Below are positions 10,332-19,581 of a stretch of 64,000 nucleotides of DNA, in pieces. Numbering within the stretch: position 1 is the stretch's first letter; each line of letters starts with the position of its first letter. The position numbers were made by a program, and so were the translations under genes. The notes under the pieces were generated by a model, which ran no database searches, was not told the DNA's origin, and saw only the letters and a program-made list of their open reading frames with translations. This stretch comes from Nitrospirota bacterium (GTDB lineage: Bacteria > Nitrospirota > UBA9217), in contig CAVUHW010000008.1 in assembly GCA_963741205.1 (NCBI GenBank), positions 32,001 through 96,000 of the forward strand. Direction: 5' to 3'.

Positions 10332-10877
10332 ATGCAAACAAGTACCGTTCACCTGAATGTAGTTCATCGCCTTGAAGACCTTGTCTTGCCTGCTGCAGGA
10401 GGTAGCGGCACGGGGGCTGTCCCGATCGACGAGCCCCACGCATACCGGGTCCTCGGTCTCGTGGAGGCGGGGTTTCCGAGCCCGGCCGAGGAGGAGATGC
10501 GGGACACGCTGTCCCTCGATGAATTCCTCGTTTCGAACCCGGAAGCATCCTTCCTGCTCAAGGTCTCCGGAGATTCCATGACCGGCGCCGGCATACTCCC
10601 CGGTGATTTGGTCATCGTGGACCGCGGTCAGACCGCGAAAAGCGGCGACATCGTGATCGCCGAGGTGGACGGCGAGTGGACCATGAAGTTCCTGAAAAAG
10701 AGCGGCGATACGGTCTACCTCGTGCCAGCGAACCCGAAGTACAAACCGATACGACCGCAGCGCGAACTCAGGATCACCGGCGTGGTGACGGCGGTGGTGA
10801 GGAAGTACCGGCAGGGACAAGGGGCGGGGGGCAAGGGCCAGGGGAGCAGGGTCGCCGCGCAGACGGACGGCGAGTAA
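10332..10877 (+). CDS. umuD: UmuD-like S24 peptidase (no DNA-binding HTH)
   Basis: VEAGFPSPA cleavage site, VSGDSM serine, TMK lysine; short N-terminus. Confidence 0.8.
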   Translation: MQTSTVHLNVVHRLEDLVLPAAGGSGTGAVPIDEPHAYRVLGLVEAGFPSPAEEEMRDTLSLDEFLVSNPEASFLLKVSGDSMTGAGILPGDLVIVDRGQTAKSGDIVIAEVDGEWTMKFLKKSGDTVYLVPANPKYKPIRPQRELRITGVVTAVVRKYRQGQGAGGKGQGSRVAAQTDGE

Positions 10878-10937
10878 GAAGGAAGGTCTCTCGTGTCGCC
10901 GAAGACATGCCTTGCGCTAAAAAACGGGCCGTGCTAG

Positions 10938-10958
10938 ATGCTATCATAATGAAAGCAT
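10938..10958. promoter_or_regulatory. Palindromic operator upstream of the antitoxin gene
   Basis: ATGCTATCAT-A-ATGAAAGCAT inverted repeat overlapping CATAAT. Confidence 0.6.
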
Positions 10959-10971
10959 GGGGAGGTCTTGT

Positions 10972-11202
10972 ATGCCCAACATTCTCATCCGTGACGTTTC
11001 CCAGAAGGCCGTCAATCAATTGAAAGCGCGGGCCAAACGGCACAACCGCTCGCTTCAGGCAGAGGTGAAGCGCCTCGTCGAGGAAACCGCGAAGACGACC
11101 GGGGAGGGCGCCCTTCTCCGCGCGCGAAAAATCCGCGCAAGCTTCGGCAAGACGACGTTTTCCGACAGCGCCGAACTGCTCCGCGAGGACCGAAACCGGT
11201 GA
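10972..11202 (+). CDS. FitA/VapB-like ribbon-helix-helix antitoxin
   Basis: MPNILIRDV..LKARAKRHNRSLQAEVKRLV..DSAELLREDR; GTGA overlap with PIN gene. Confidence 0.88.
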   Translation: MPNILIRDVSQKAVNQLKARAKRHNRSLQAEVKRLVEETAKTTGEGALLRARKIRASFGKTTFSDSAELLREDRNR

Positions 11203-11642
11203 CCCGTTTCGTTGTCGATGCCAGCGTGGCGATCAAATGGTATCTGCCGGAACCGCACAGCGCCGACGCCGACCGGCTGTTGGGCGGCGGTTTTCAACTT
11301 CTCGCCCCGGACCTGCTTGTCACCGAAGCGGGAAATATTCTCTGGAAGCGGGTCATGAGGTCGGAGCTGACCGTCCGAAAGGCGCAGGTCATCATGCGCG
11401 CCCTGGTAGCCCTGCCAATGACGCTGCACCCTGCAAGCGTTCTCGCGGAAAACGCAATGACCGTTGCCTGCGGCCTGAAGCGGTCCTTTTATGACAGCTT
11501 GTATCTGGCGCTCGCCCTGACAGCGGATTGCCGGCTGGTGACCGCCGACAGAAAGCTGTTCGATGCCGTACGAGACGCAGCGCCGGTCAGGAAGCACATT
11601 CTCTGGATAGAAGATGTGCCGGAAAAGAATGACCCTGATTGA
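11199..11642 (+). CDS. vapC: VapC PIN-domain toxin
   Basis: VVDASVAIKW, YDSLYLALA, LVTADRKL. Confidence 0.92.
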   Translation: MTRFVVDASVAIKWYLPEPHSADADRLLGGGFQLLAPDLLVTEAGNILWKRVMRSELTVRKAQVIMRALVALPMTLHPASVLAENAMTVACGLKRSFYDSLYLALALTADCRLVTADRKLFDAVRDAAPVRKHILWIEDVPEKNDPD

Positions 11643-11847
11643 CGTAATTAGGTCAGTGCGATGCCAGAGAAATCCGGATCGGAATGGACACCACCTCCGC
11701 CGCGATACGCTGCGGACGCCCTTGTTCCCCTGCGAATCGAAGCCGCGGATATGCCGATGCGGTTCTACAGGTAGATGCATGCAAATATATGTTGATGCCG
11801 GCTCCTAACGGCTCAATAACTGGTTGGGGAAAAACATAAGGACCATC

Positions 11848-12378
11848 ATGCTGTTCAAAAAAGCCATCATATTTGGAATCAGAGTTGTCATATTTGCTGC
11901 GATAATCGCTGTGATAATCGCTGCTGCTATTCCTGTGCTTCGCAAGCACAGCCCAGGCTTCAACTGGATATTTTCACCCACGGATCTTTATAAGCCGCTA
12001 TCAGTGAGCACTATCGATCTTGGGAAGGAAGGCCAGAGCTATCAGATAAGCTTCGAGAATAAGTACCCTGGGTTGCACTGGTTTGCCATCCAGGTTGCAA
12101 ACCCGCGATCAACTACCACAGCCTATGAAGGCGATTTTGTTCTTCGGCTGGAAATACTGCATGATCATAAGCCAGTGCTCTCAAAGCTTATACACGGGCC
12201 AAGCGACCCATATGGGAGCCAGAAAAGCGGCTTTGCCGTCCTCTGGTATCGAGCACCACTTGACCTGCCGCTTCGAGAACCTCTTGAGGCGGAGATAACG
12301 GTTGTGAAGGCAGATCAGGCGTTTGTAGCGAAGCATGGCATGCCCGAGCTGGTCGTAAGAAAGCTTTCGGATGAGTAA
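11848..12378 (+). CDS. Hypothetical membrane-anchored protein
   Basis: Open 176-codon frame with N-terminal TM helix; lower GC than the core genes. Confidence 0.65.
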   Translation: MLFKKAIIFGIRVVIFAAIIAVIIAAAIPVLRKHSPGFNWIFSPTDLYKPLSVSTIDLGKEGQSYQISFENKYPGLHWFAIQVANPRSTTTAYEGDFVLRLEILHDHKPVLSKLIHGPSDPYGSQKSGFAVLWYRAPLDLPLREPLEAEITVVKADQAFVAKHGMPELVVRKLSDE

Positions 12379-12469
12379 ATGAAAAGCTCGTAACGAGGCG
12401 CCTCAGCTAAAGACGAATAATGGCTTTTTCTACAGACTCGTTATACGTTCAAAACAGGATGAACAATCT

Positions 12470-13150
12470 ATGAAGATCAAAGCGATTATTTTCGGGGCTA
12501 CGGGCATGGTGGGGGAGGGCGTTCTCCACGTGGCACTCGGACATCGGGACGTAGAATCCGTTCTGGTCATCGGCAGAAAATCGTGCAATGTGAAACACCC
12601 CAAACTGAAGGAATTGATCCACAACGATTTCTACGACTATTCAGCCATTGAAAAGGAGCTTGCAGGCTATAACGCATGCTTCTTCTGTCTCGGCGTCTCT
12701 TCCGTGGGGATGAGTGAAAAAGCCTACACCCGCGTGACGTACGACCTGACGATGGAGGCTGCTAAAACCTTGTCAAGACTCAACCCTGATATGACCTTCT
12801 GCTATGTATCCGGTGCCGGGACCGACAGCACTGAGAAGGGCCGCATCATGTGGGCGCGCGTGAAGGGCAGGGTGGAAAATCGCCTGAAGGATTTTCCGTT
12901 CAAGTCCGTGTACCTGTTCAGGCCCGGATTTATCAAGCCCATCAAGGGCCTCAGGCATGCGCATACAATCTCCGAGGCGGTTGGAATGATGTATCCCCTC
13001 TTAAAAGTCATAAGCCCGAAGTATGTATGCACACTGGAAGATGTAGGCCTTGCAATGATACAGGCGGCCAAAGCAAGTCCTTCAAGACGGATCATCGAGA
13101 ACAAGGATATCGCCCTATTAGCCGGAACCGGCACAAGCAGCAAGACCTAA
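12470..13150 (+). CDS. NAD(P)-binding atypical SDR/epimerase family protein
   Basis: IFGATGMVGEGV Rossmann motif; CFFCLGVSS; YVSGAGTDS. Confidence 0.9.
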   Translation: MKIKAIIFGATGMVGEGVLHVALGHRDVESVLVIGRKSCNVKHPKLKELIHNDFYDYSAIEKELAGYNACFFCLGVSSVGMSEKAYTRVTYDLTMEAAKTLSRLNPDMTFCYVSGAGTDSTEKGRIMWARVKGRVENRLKDFPFKSVYLFRPGFIKPIKGLRHAHTISEAVGMMYPLLKVISPKYVCTLEDVGLAMIQAAKASPSRRIIENKDIALLAGTGTSSKT

Positions 13151-13200
13151 CTGACAATACTCAGAGCACCCTTAATTGTACCTGGGTTCTGACAAACCGG

Positions 13201-13267
13201 ATATAACGGATGTACCTTCCTTCGAGAGGGTCGCTGAAAACCGCGTCCCTCAGGCGAAGCGTTATTA
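13201..13267 (+). mobile_element. attC-like integron cassette recombination site (degenerate)
   Basis: ATAAC...ttcGAGAGGGtcgc-tgaaaacc-gcgtCCCTCaggcgaagc-GTTATTA; AAC/GTT outer cores with inner imperfect stem; next ORF starts 16 bp later. Confidence 0.5.
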
Positions 13268-13282
13268 CCAAGAGAGCTGATA

Positions 13283-13607
13283 ATGAAAAAGTGTCCTTTC
13301 TGCGCTGAAGATATTCAAGACGACGCTAAAAAGTGTAAACACTGCGGTGAATTTCTGGATGCCGCCCCCCCCACGTTTTGCAGAAAAAAAGATCCCATGG
13401 TATTTCCGAAAAACCTTTATTGTCATCGCAGTCTGCTCTGTGGGGCCTCTGGCGTTGCCCCTGATTTGGTGGCGTCCACAAACGACGCGGGGATGGAAGA
13501 TCGGACTCACCATAGGAATCCTTGTTCTCAGTTGGATGTTGTTCCAAACCACGATGGAATCCATTCGTACCATCAAGGAGTATTACACGTTCATTAAAGG
13601 ACTCTGA
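13283..13607 (+). CDS. Zinc-ribbon plus membrane protein (frameshift in poly-C near 13370)
   Basis: MKKCPFCAEDIQDDAKKCKHCGEF joined to KIPWYFRKTFIVIAVCSVGPLALPLIWW frame. Confidence 0.78.
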
Positions 13608-13663
13608 AATTATCTCCAGTAGTCGGCCATTTGAAAATAACGGCAAATCACGAGGATTGAGAC

Positions 13664-14026
13664 ATGGGACTGGTACACAAAAGAGACATGAAAAAAGCGG
13701 TGCGGCACGGACAGGCGCAGGAGGAGCAGCCGGTGCGTTTGAGCAAAACGCAGAAGAAAAAAGCGGCGCTGTCCTTGCAGGACCTGGGTGAACGACTTGT
13801 GAAGTTGTCGAACGAGCAGCTCAAACAAAGCGATCTGCCCGAGGACGTCCTGGCTGCCGTGAAAGCGGCAAAGACCATTACAAAACACCATCCCCTTAGC
13901 CGGCAGATACAGTATATCGGCTCGTTGATGAGGAAATACGATCCTGCGCCTGTCAGGGAATTCCTCGACGCCTTGGGGCAGGGGAACCGCCGGCAGACGC
14001 GAAGGTTAAGCAAAACGAATAAATGA
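13664..14026 (+). CDS. DarP/YjgA (DUF615) ribosome-associated family protein, C-terminally short
   Basis: SKTQKKK..LQDLGERLVKL..RQIQYIGSLMR. Confidence 0.8.
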   Translation: MGLVHKRDMKKAVRHGQAQEEQPVRLSKTQKKKAALSLQDLGERLVKLSNEQLKQSDLPEDVLAAVKAAKTITKHHPLSRQIQYIGSLMRKYDPAPVREFLDALGQGNRRQTRRLSKTNK

Positions 14027-14037
14027 CGCAATGCGAA

Positions 14038-14064
14038 TGGATTCCCGCTTTCGCGGTGAATGAC
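14038..14064. repeat. Half REP-like element
   Basis: tggattcccgctttcgcggtgaatgac. Confidence 0.65.
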
Positions 14065-14175
14065 AGAATCGGTCCCGGCAACGAGTGTATGAAGGCTATC
14101 AGAAGAGCGCTCAAACCGGAGCAATCCAGCGGGCGGCTGATATAGCATGGATCTCGTCATCAAAAAAGGATAGAC

Positions 14176-14421
14176 ATGAGCGACCAGCAACATAAAGATC
14201 CCCTTCACGGTGTCACGCTGGAAATGATGCTTACCCAGCTGGTGGAGCATCATGGATGGGAGAAAATGGGCCAGATCATCAATATAAGATGCTTTAATAA
14301 TGACCCGAGCATCAAGTCCAGCCTGCAGTTCCTGAGGAAAACCCCTTGGGCGAGAACAAAGGTCGAAGAGCTGTATCTGAAGTACAGAAGGAATGCTTTG
14401 AAAATGCCGAAACGCAGTTAA
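14176..14421 (+). CDS. VF530/DUF2132 family small DNA-binding protein
   Basis: [37 protein letters not shown]. Confidence 0.92.
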   Translation: MSDQQHKDPLHGVTLEMMLTQLVEHHGWEKMGQIINIRCFNNDPSIKSSLQFLRKTPWARTKVEELYLKYRRNALKMPKRS

Positions 14422-14583
14422 GATGGTCCACTGGATATTACAGGGGCTGCATGAACGATTATGGTCGCCCGTCGGTTTTAAAGATGGTGGGCCATTTCAA
14501 CTCAGACATACCACTGGAGTATCAACAGCTTCCCTTGGTCCGACCCGGCATTGGAGTTCGGTGACGTCGAACGTTACACACGT

Positions 14584-15489
14584 ATGAAATTTACCAAATA
14601 TCATGCCCTCGGTAACGACTATCTGGTCCTCGATCCGAAAGATTACGACCAGCCTTGGGCGCTTACGGCCGAGCAGATCAAGACCATCTGCGACCGACAC
14701 TATGGCATCGGGTCGGACGGAATACTTTTCGGCCCGCTGCCGTCTACAAAGGCTTCCTTCTCTCTTCGAATATTCAATCCTGATGGAAGTGAGGCGGAAA
14801 AAAGCGGCAATGGCCTTCGTATTTTTTGCCGCTATCTATGGGACGGGAAATTGGTCGGCGACAGCCTTTTTTCCGTAGAAACGAAAGGCGGCGTCATTCA
14901 GGCGCAGATACTGGATAGCGGCAAACTTGTCCGGGTAGAAATGGGCATGGTGAGTTTTCGAAGCGAGGACATCCCGGTTGCCGGCCCATCGCGCGAGGTT
15001 TTGCGCGAACAAGTCACCGTAGGCGACAGAACCTTTCAGTTCTGCGGTGCGACCATCGGCAATCCGCATTGCGTTATTTTGCTTGATGAGGTATCACCGT
15101 CACTGGCAAAACAGTATGGCCCGCTTTTGGAAGTTCATCCCTTATTTCCCAATCGGACGAATGTGCAGTTCGTAAAGGTTCTGGACCGAAGGAATATCCG
15201 GATCGAGATATGGGAGCGAGGCGCGGGGTATACCCTGGCATCGGGCAGCAGCAGTTGCGCATCAGCCGCCATTGCATACAAACTGGGTTTCTGCGATTCA
15301 ACTATGACCGTACATATGCCCGGCGGCAAGATCGAGGTATCCATGGACGCCGCGTTTCGCATCGTGATGACCGGTCCGGTGACGCGGGTGGCGAAAGGGC
15401 ATTTGTCGGGTGAGATGTTCGAGAGTGTTGAAAACCAGCTAATCGATCAACCCGCCAAGCGGATTAGCTCATTGTTGGCTACAACGTAA
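14584..15489 (+). CDS. dapF: Diaminopimelate epimerase, second (accessory) copy
   Basis: MKFTKYHALGNDY, NPDGSEAEKSGNG, GNPHC, ERGAGYTLASGSS; both canonical catalytic Cys appear as Ser. Confidence 0.85.
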   Translation: MKFTKYHALGNDYLVLDPKDYDQPWALTAEQIKTICDRHYGIGSDGILFGPLPSTKASFSLRIFNPDGSEAEKSGNGLRIFCRYLWDGKLVGDSLFSVETKGGVIQAQILDSGKLVRVEMGMVSFRSEDIPVAGPSREVLREQVTVGDRTFQFCGATIGNPHCVILLDEVSPSLAKQYGPLLEVHPLFPNRTNVQFVKVLDRRNIRIEIWERGAGYTLASGSSSCASAAIAYKLGFCDSTMTVHMPGGKIEVSMDAAFRIVMTGPVTRVAKGHLSGEMFESVENQLIDQPAKRISSLLATT

Positions 15490-15573
15490 GAACTCCAAAC
15501 AGTGGTCAAACAGTCTCCCTCAATGATATGGCGATGCCCGCTGACCTTTTTTATATTAATTCCGGAGGTATTC

Positions 15574-17233
15574 ATGTTTTCCTTGAACGCACACGATTAC
15601 GATCAGGCCCGAGCTCTCTTCAGGATCGAGGTGCCGGAGGAGTTCAACTTCGGGTTCGACGTGATCGACCGGCATGCCGCTGACCCGTCGAAACGGGCGC
15701 TGGTCTGGACCGACCCTGCGGGAAAGGAGGCCAGGGTATATACCTTCCGGGATATTTCCCGCCTCTCGAACCAGGCCGCGAACGCGCTCAAAGGCATCGG
15801 CGTCAAAAAGGGCGACCGCGTGTTCATCATGCTCGGCCGCGTCCCGGAATGGTACTTGCTGCTCGTGGCCTGCCATAAACTCGGTGCTGTCGTCGTGCCG
15901 GCGCCGGTCATCCTGCTTGCGTCCGACATCGAGTACCGGCTCATGAAAGGTAAAGCCAACATGTTGTCACGAACAGGGCGAACCATGCCAAGGTGGACGA
16001 GGCCGCGAGGAGCATCAGCGCTCCCTTTCTGCGAATAAGGCGCTGCTCGACGGAGATGCCGCGGGCTGGCACGACTTCGGAGCGAGCCATGGCCGCCGCG
16101 TCTCCCGCTCTGAGGGGCGACGTGGAGCCGAACCGGGCCTCTGATTCCTTCCTGATCTATTTCACCTCCGGAACCACCAGGTATCCCAAGATGGTCCATC
16201 ATCTCTGCTCCTATCCGCTGGGGCATCTCCGGACCGCCGGGTTGTGGCACGGGCTGACGGATAGAGACCTGATCTGGGTCGTGTCGGACACGGGCTGGGC
16301 CAAGTCGGCCTGGGGGCTCTATGGCCAATGGGCCATCGGCGCGGGATTCTTCGTTCATAATGCGGAAGGGCGGTTCAACGCCAAGCTGACCCTGGAACTG
16401 CTCACAACCAGGGGAGTGACCGCGTTCTGCGGACCGCCCACGGTCTACCGCATGCTGATCCTGGAAGATCTCGCAAAAGTACGATTACTCCGGGGTCAGG
16501 CATTTCACGTCCGCAGGCGAGCCGCTGAACCCCGAAGTGATCAGGGTCTGGCAGAAGGCAACGGGAAAGACGATCCACGAAGGCTACGGACAGACCGAAA
16601 GCTCGGTGCTGATCGCGAATTATCCCTTCATGAAGGTGAAGGCCGGGTCCATGGGCAAGCCCGTCCCGGACCTGACCATCGATATCCTGGACGAGAATTT
16701 CAAACCGGCATGCAGCCGGCGACGTCGGCTTCATCTGTGTCAAGGTGGACCCCGTGAAGCCCGTGGGCATCTTCGAAAGCTATCTTGAGGACCCTGACGA
16801 GAATGCGAAGGTCTTCCAGCAGGGCTGGTACAATACCGGCGACAAGGCAACGAAGGATGACGAAGGGTACTTCACCTTCGTGGGCCGGGGAGACGACATC
16901 ATCAAGGCCTCGGGCTACCGTATCGGGCCTTTCGAGGTCGAGAGCGTGATCCAGGAGCATCCGGCCGTGGCCGAGAATGCGGTGGTCGCCAGCCCCGATC
17001 CCGTCCGCGGCGAGATCATCAAGGCGTACATCGTGCTCGCGCCGGGCTTCAAGGCCTCAGACACCCTGGCGCACGAGATCCAGGAATTCGTAAAAGGCAG
17101 GACAGCGCCCTACAAGTATCCGCGGGAGATCGAGTTTATGACCGAACTGCCCAAGACCGTGAGCGGCAAGGTCAAACGCGCCGTGCTCCGGAGCCGCGAA
17201 GTGGAACGGAAGCTGGGGAAGCCAGGGTTGTAG
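15574..17233 (+). CDS. Short/medium-chain acyl-CoA synthetase (AMP-binding), several frameshifts
   Basis: YFTSGTT, EGYGQTE, TGD, GRGDDIIKASGYRIGPFEVE, LPKTVSGK. Confidence 0.88.
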
Positions 17234-17290
17234 GCGGACTCGAAGGTTTTCGAAAACCGATCCTTCCCGCAGCTAAAGGGAGGAGCAAAC

Positions 17291-17689
17291 ATGAATAGCG
17301 ACGAACAAGAGATCCGTCAGCTCGTTGCCACCTGGATGGCGGCGACAAGGGCGGGTGACATCGAAACGGTCTTAGGCTTGATGGCGGATGATGTTGTTTT
17401 TCTGATGCCGGGCCATCCGCCGATGATCGGAAAGTCGGGTTTCGCCGGAGCGGCGAATGCCCAGCGGGCCCAGGGAGCGCCCCGGTTCGACGGCACCAGC
17501 GAGATCCAGGAGATCCGGGTGCTCGGAGAGTGGGCGTTCATGTGGACAAAACTGACGGTCGTGGTTACCCCGCCGGGGGGCGTTCCGTCAATGACGCGTG
17601 CAGGGCATACCCTTTCCATTCTCAAGAAGCAAGGCGGCAAGTGGCTGCTTGCGCGCGATGCGAATATGCTGTCGCCAATATCAACGTGA
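17291..17689 (+). CDS. SnoaL/DUF4440 (SgcJ/EcaC-like) NTF2-fold protein
   Basis: WMAATRAGD..LMADDVVFL..GKWLLARDAN. Confidence 0.85.
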   Translation: MNSDEQEIRQLVATWMAATRAGDIETVLGLMADDVVFLMPGHPPMIGKSGFAGAANAQRAQGAPRFDGTSEIQEIRVLGEWAFMWTKLTVVVTPPGGVPSMTRAGHTLSILKKQGGKWLLARDANMLSPIST

Positions 17690-17696
17690 AGCGAAC

Positions 17697-19013
17697 ATGG
17701 ACAATCAATTCATCCAACTTACTTCCTGGCCGCGCGCCATCCTGCATCTGGACGCCGACGCGTTTTTTGCCTCCTGCGAGCAGGCGATCCATCCGGAGCT
17801 CCGGGGCAGGCCGGTGATCACGGGCAAGGAGCGCGGGATCGTGGCCGCGGCCTCCTACGAGGCCAAGGCGCGGGGCGTCTCGCGCGGGGTGCGGCTCTCG
17901 GAGGTGAAGAAGATCTGTCCCGACGCGGTCATCCTGCCGTCGGACTACGAGACCTACAGCCTGTTCTCGGTCAGGATGTTCGAGATCCTCAGGCGCTTCT
18001 CTCCTGACGTGGAGGAGTATTCCATCGACGAGGCCTTCGTTGATCTTACCGGCCTAAGGCGGAGCTTTCACGGCCCCTATGCATTGATCGCGCGAAAAAG
18101 ATGCAGGAGACCATCCAGAAGGAGCTGGGGCTCTCCGTGTCTGTGGGCGTCTCCCTCTCGAAGGTCCTGGCCAAGATCGGGTCGAAGCACAAGAAGCCGC
18201 ACGGGATCACCATGATCCCGGGCCGCGAGATCCATCTCTATCTTGAAAAACTTCCCGTGGAGAAGGTCTGGGGCATCGGACCGAACACCGCGGCGTATCT
18301 GAACAAGTGCGGCATTACCACAGCGCTCCAGTTCGCGCGGAAGGACGAGGAGTTTGTCAGGACGCATCTGTCAAAACCGTATCAGGAGATCTGGCACGAG
18401 CTGAACGGCAGGAGCGTGTACCCCGTCACGACGGAGACGAAGAGCAGCTACCAGTCCATCAGCAAGGCAAAGACCTTCACGCCCGCCTCGACTGACGAGA
18501 CCTTTGTGTTCGCCCAGCTCGCGAAGAACCTGGAGAACGCCTGCATCAAGGCCCGGCGCTACAAGCTCGCCGCCTCACGGGTGGTCATCTTTCTCCGGAA
18601 GCAGGACTTTACGGGCAGCGGCGTGGAGCTGAAGCTCAGCCGCCCTACCGCCTATCCCGTAGAGCTCTTCGAACTGTTACGGGAGGGCTTCCAGCATCTG
18701 TATCGAGCCCAAAGCCCTCTACCGCCAGACCGGGGCGGTGCTTGCCGGGCTGATCGAGGAAAAAAACGTGCAGTACTCACTTTTCGATGATACGACGAAG
18801 ATCGAGAAGATGGCGAGGATTTACGAGAGCATCGACCGCATATCCCAAAAGTTCGGCAAGCACACGATCCAGCACGCGGCGAGCCTGCCCACGAAGCTCC
18901 AGGCGCAGCACGAAGGGGAGCGGGGAGACGTGCCTGTGAGACGGGCGATCCTTTTCAAGGGAGAGAACAAGCGGCAAAGGCTGCGTCTGCCGATGCTGCA
19001 TGTTAAGGTGTAG
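17697..19013 (+). CDS. Y-family translesion DNA polymerase (DinB/UmuC-like), frameshifts near 18095 and 18720
   Basis: HLDADAFFASCE, AASYEAK, YSIDEAFVDL, VWGIG, QYSLF clamp-binding-like motif. Confidence 0.9.
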
Positions 19014-19058
19014 AGTTTGTTGCGGGGGCTGTTATGACGGCGAGGCAGAATGATAATA

Positions 19059-19371
19059 AAAAAGGCGTTTAGCTCGAACCCGTATCTTGGCTTTTCCGTT
19101 GAACCTCGGGAGAGATACAATAAAGATCAGTTTTACTTTTTCCCTCCGCTTTCGCAGACGTTAAAGTAATCCCTTCTCTTTTCCTGTATCTTCCTTCGGT
19201 CTTTAAGGCTTCAGCTTTCGAACTTCTACGATCCTGCGATCTGGGAGCAGCTGCGGATTTCTCCACTCTCTGCTTGCCGATCCGGATCATTTCCTTCCAA
19301 AGCTTACCGCCTTCAACGGAAATCAAAAATACTTGCGCGACTGCTGTTTCGGGTCCGCGCAACGCCTTTTT
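19059..19371 (-). ncRNA. Candidate structured ncRNA (~315 nt, unassigned family)
   Basis: Nested inverted repeats over the whole length, two GAAA-tetraloop arms, G-U pairs only on the minus strand, upstream promoter, 3' U-run. Confidence 0.7.
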
Positions 19372-19383
19372 AACTTCACAATT

Positions 19384-19412
19384 ATGATACCACTTCTTTT
19401 AAATTATGTCAT
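19384..19412 (-). promoter_or_regulatory. Sigma70-type promoter for the ncRNA candidate
   Basis: Minus strand aTGACA-17 bp-TATcAT with TG extended -10. Confidence 0.55.
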
Positions 19413-19581
19413 CAGTCAAGATGAATATTTTTTCTTTATCTGCTCTTCTTCCTAAGATACGAAAAAAGCCTTACCTCCGAAGGCGGCGCAAAGAATGGGG
19501 TACAATAATATAGTATTGAAAGGCCATTGGAGACATGTTCAGGGGGGACAAATAAAGGGCATCGGTTCACGGTTGAAAGAT

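Noticed and set aside
10332-10877. Calling this gene lexA
   Set aside because: No N-terminal winged-HTH; the AGFPSPA site and length fit UmuD-like proteins.
11643-11830. attI site or integrase remnant after vapC
   Set aside because: Only a GTT core and a CTAAC are visible; no translatable integrase fragment was found.
19069-19362. 97-aa minus-strand ORF over the structured region
   Set aside because: TTG start with no RBS and no recognisable motifs; the sequence is better explained by RNA base-pairing.
19059-19371. Identification as RNase P, tmRNA, SRP or 6S RNA
   Set aside because: GCAGUCGC and CCGAAGGAAG are only superficial matches; the universally conserved motifs and architectures are missing.
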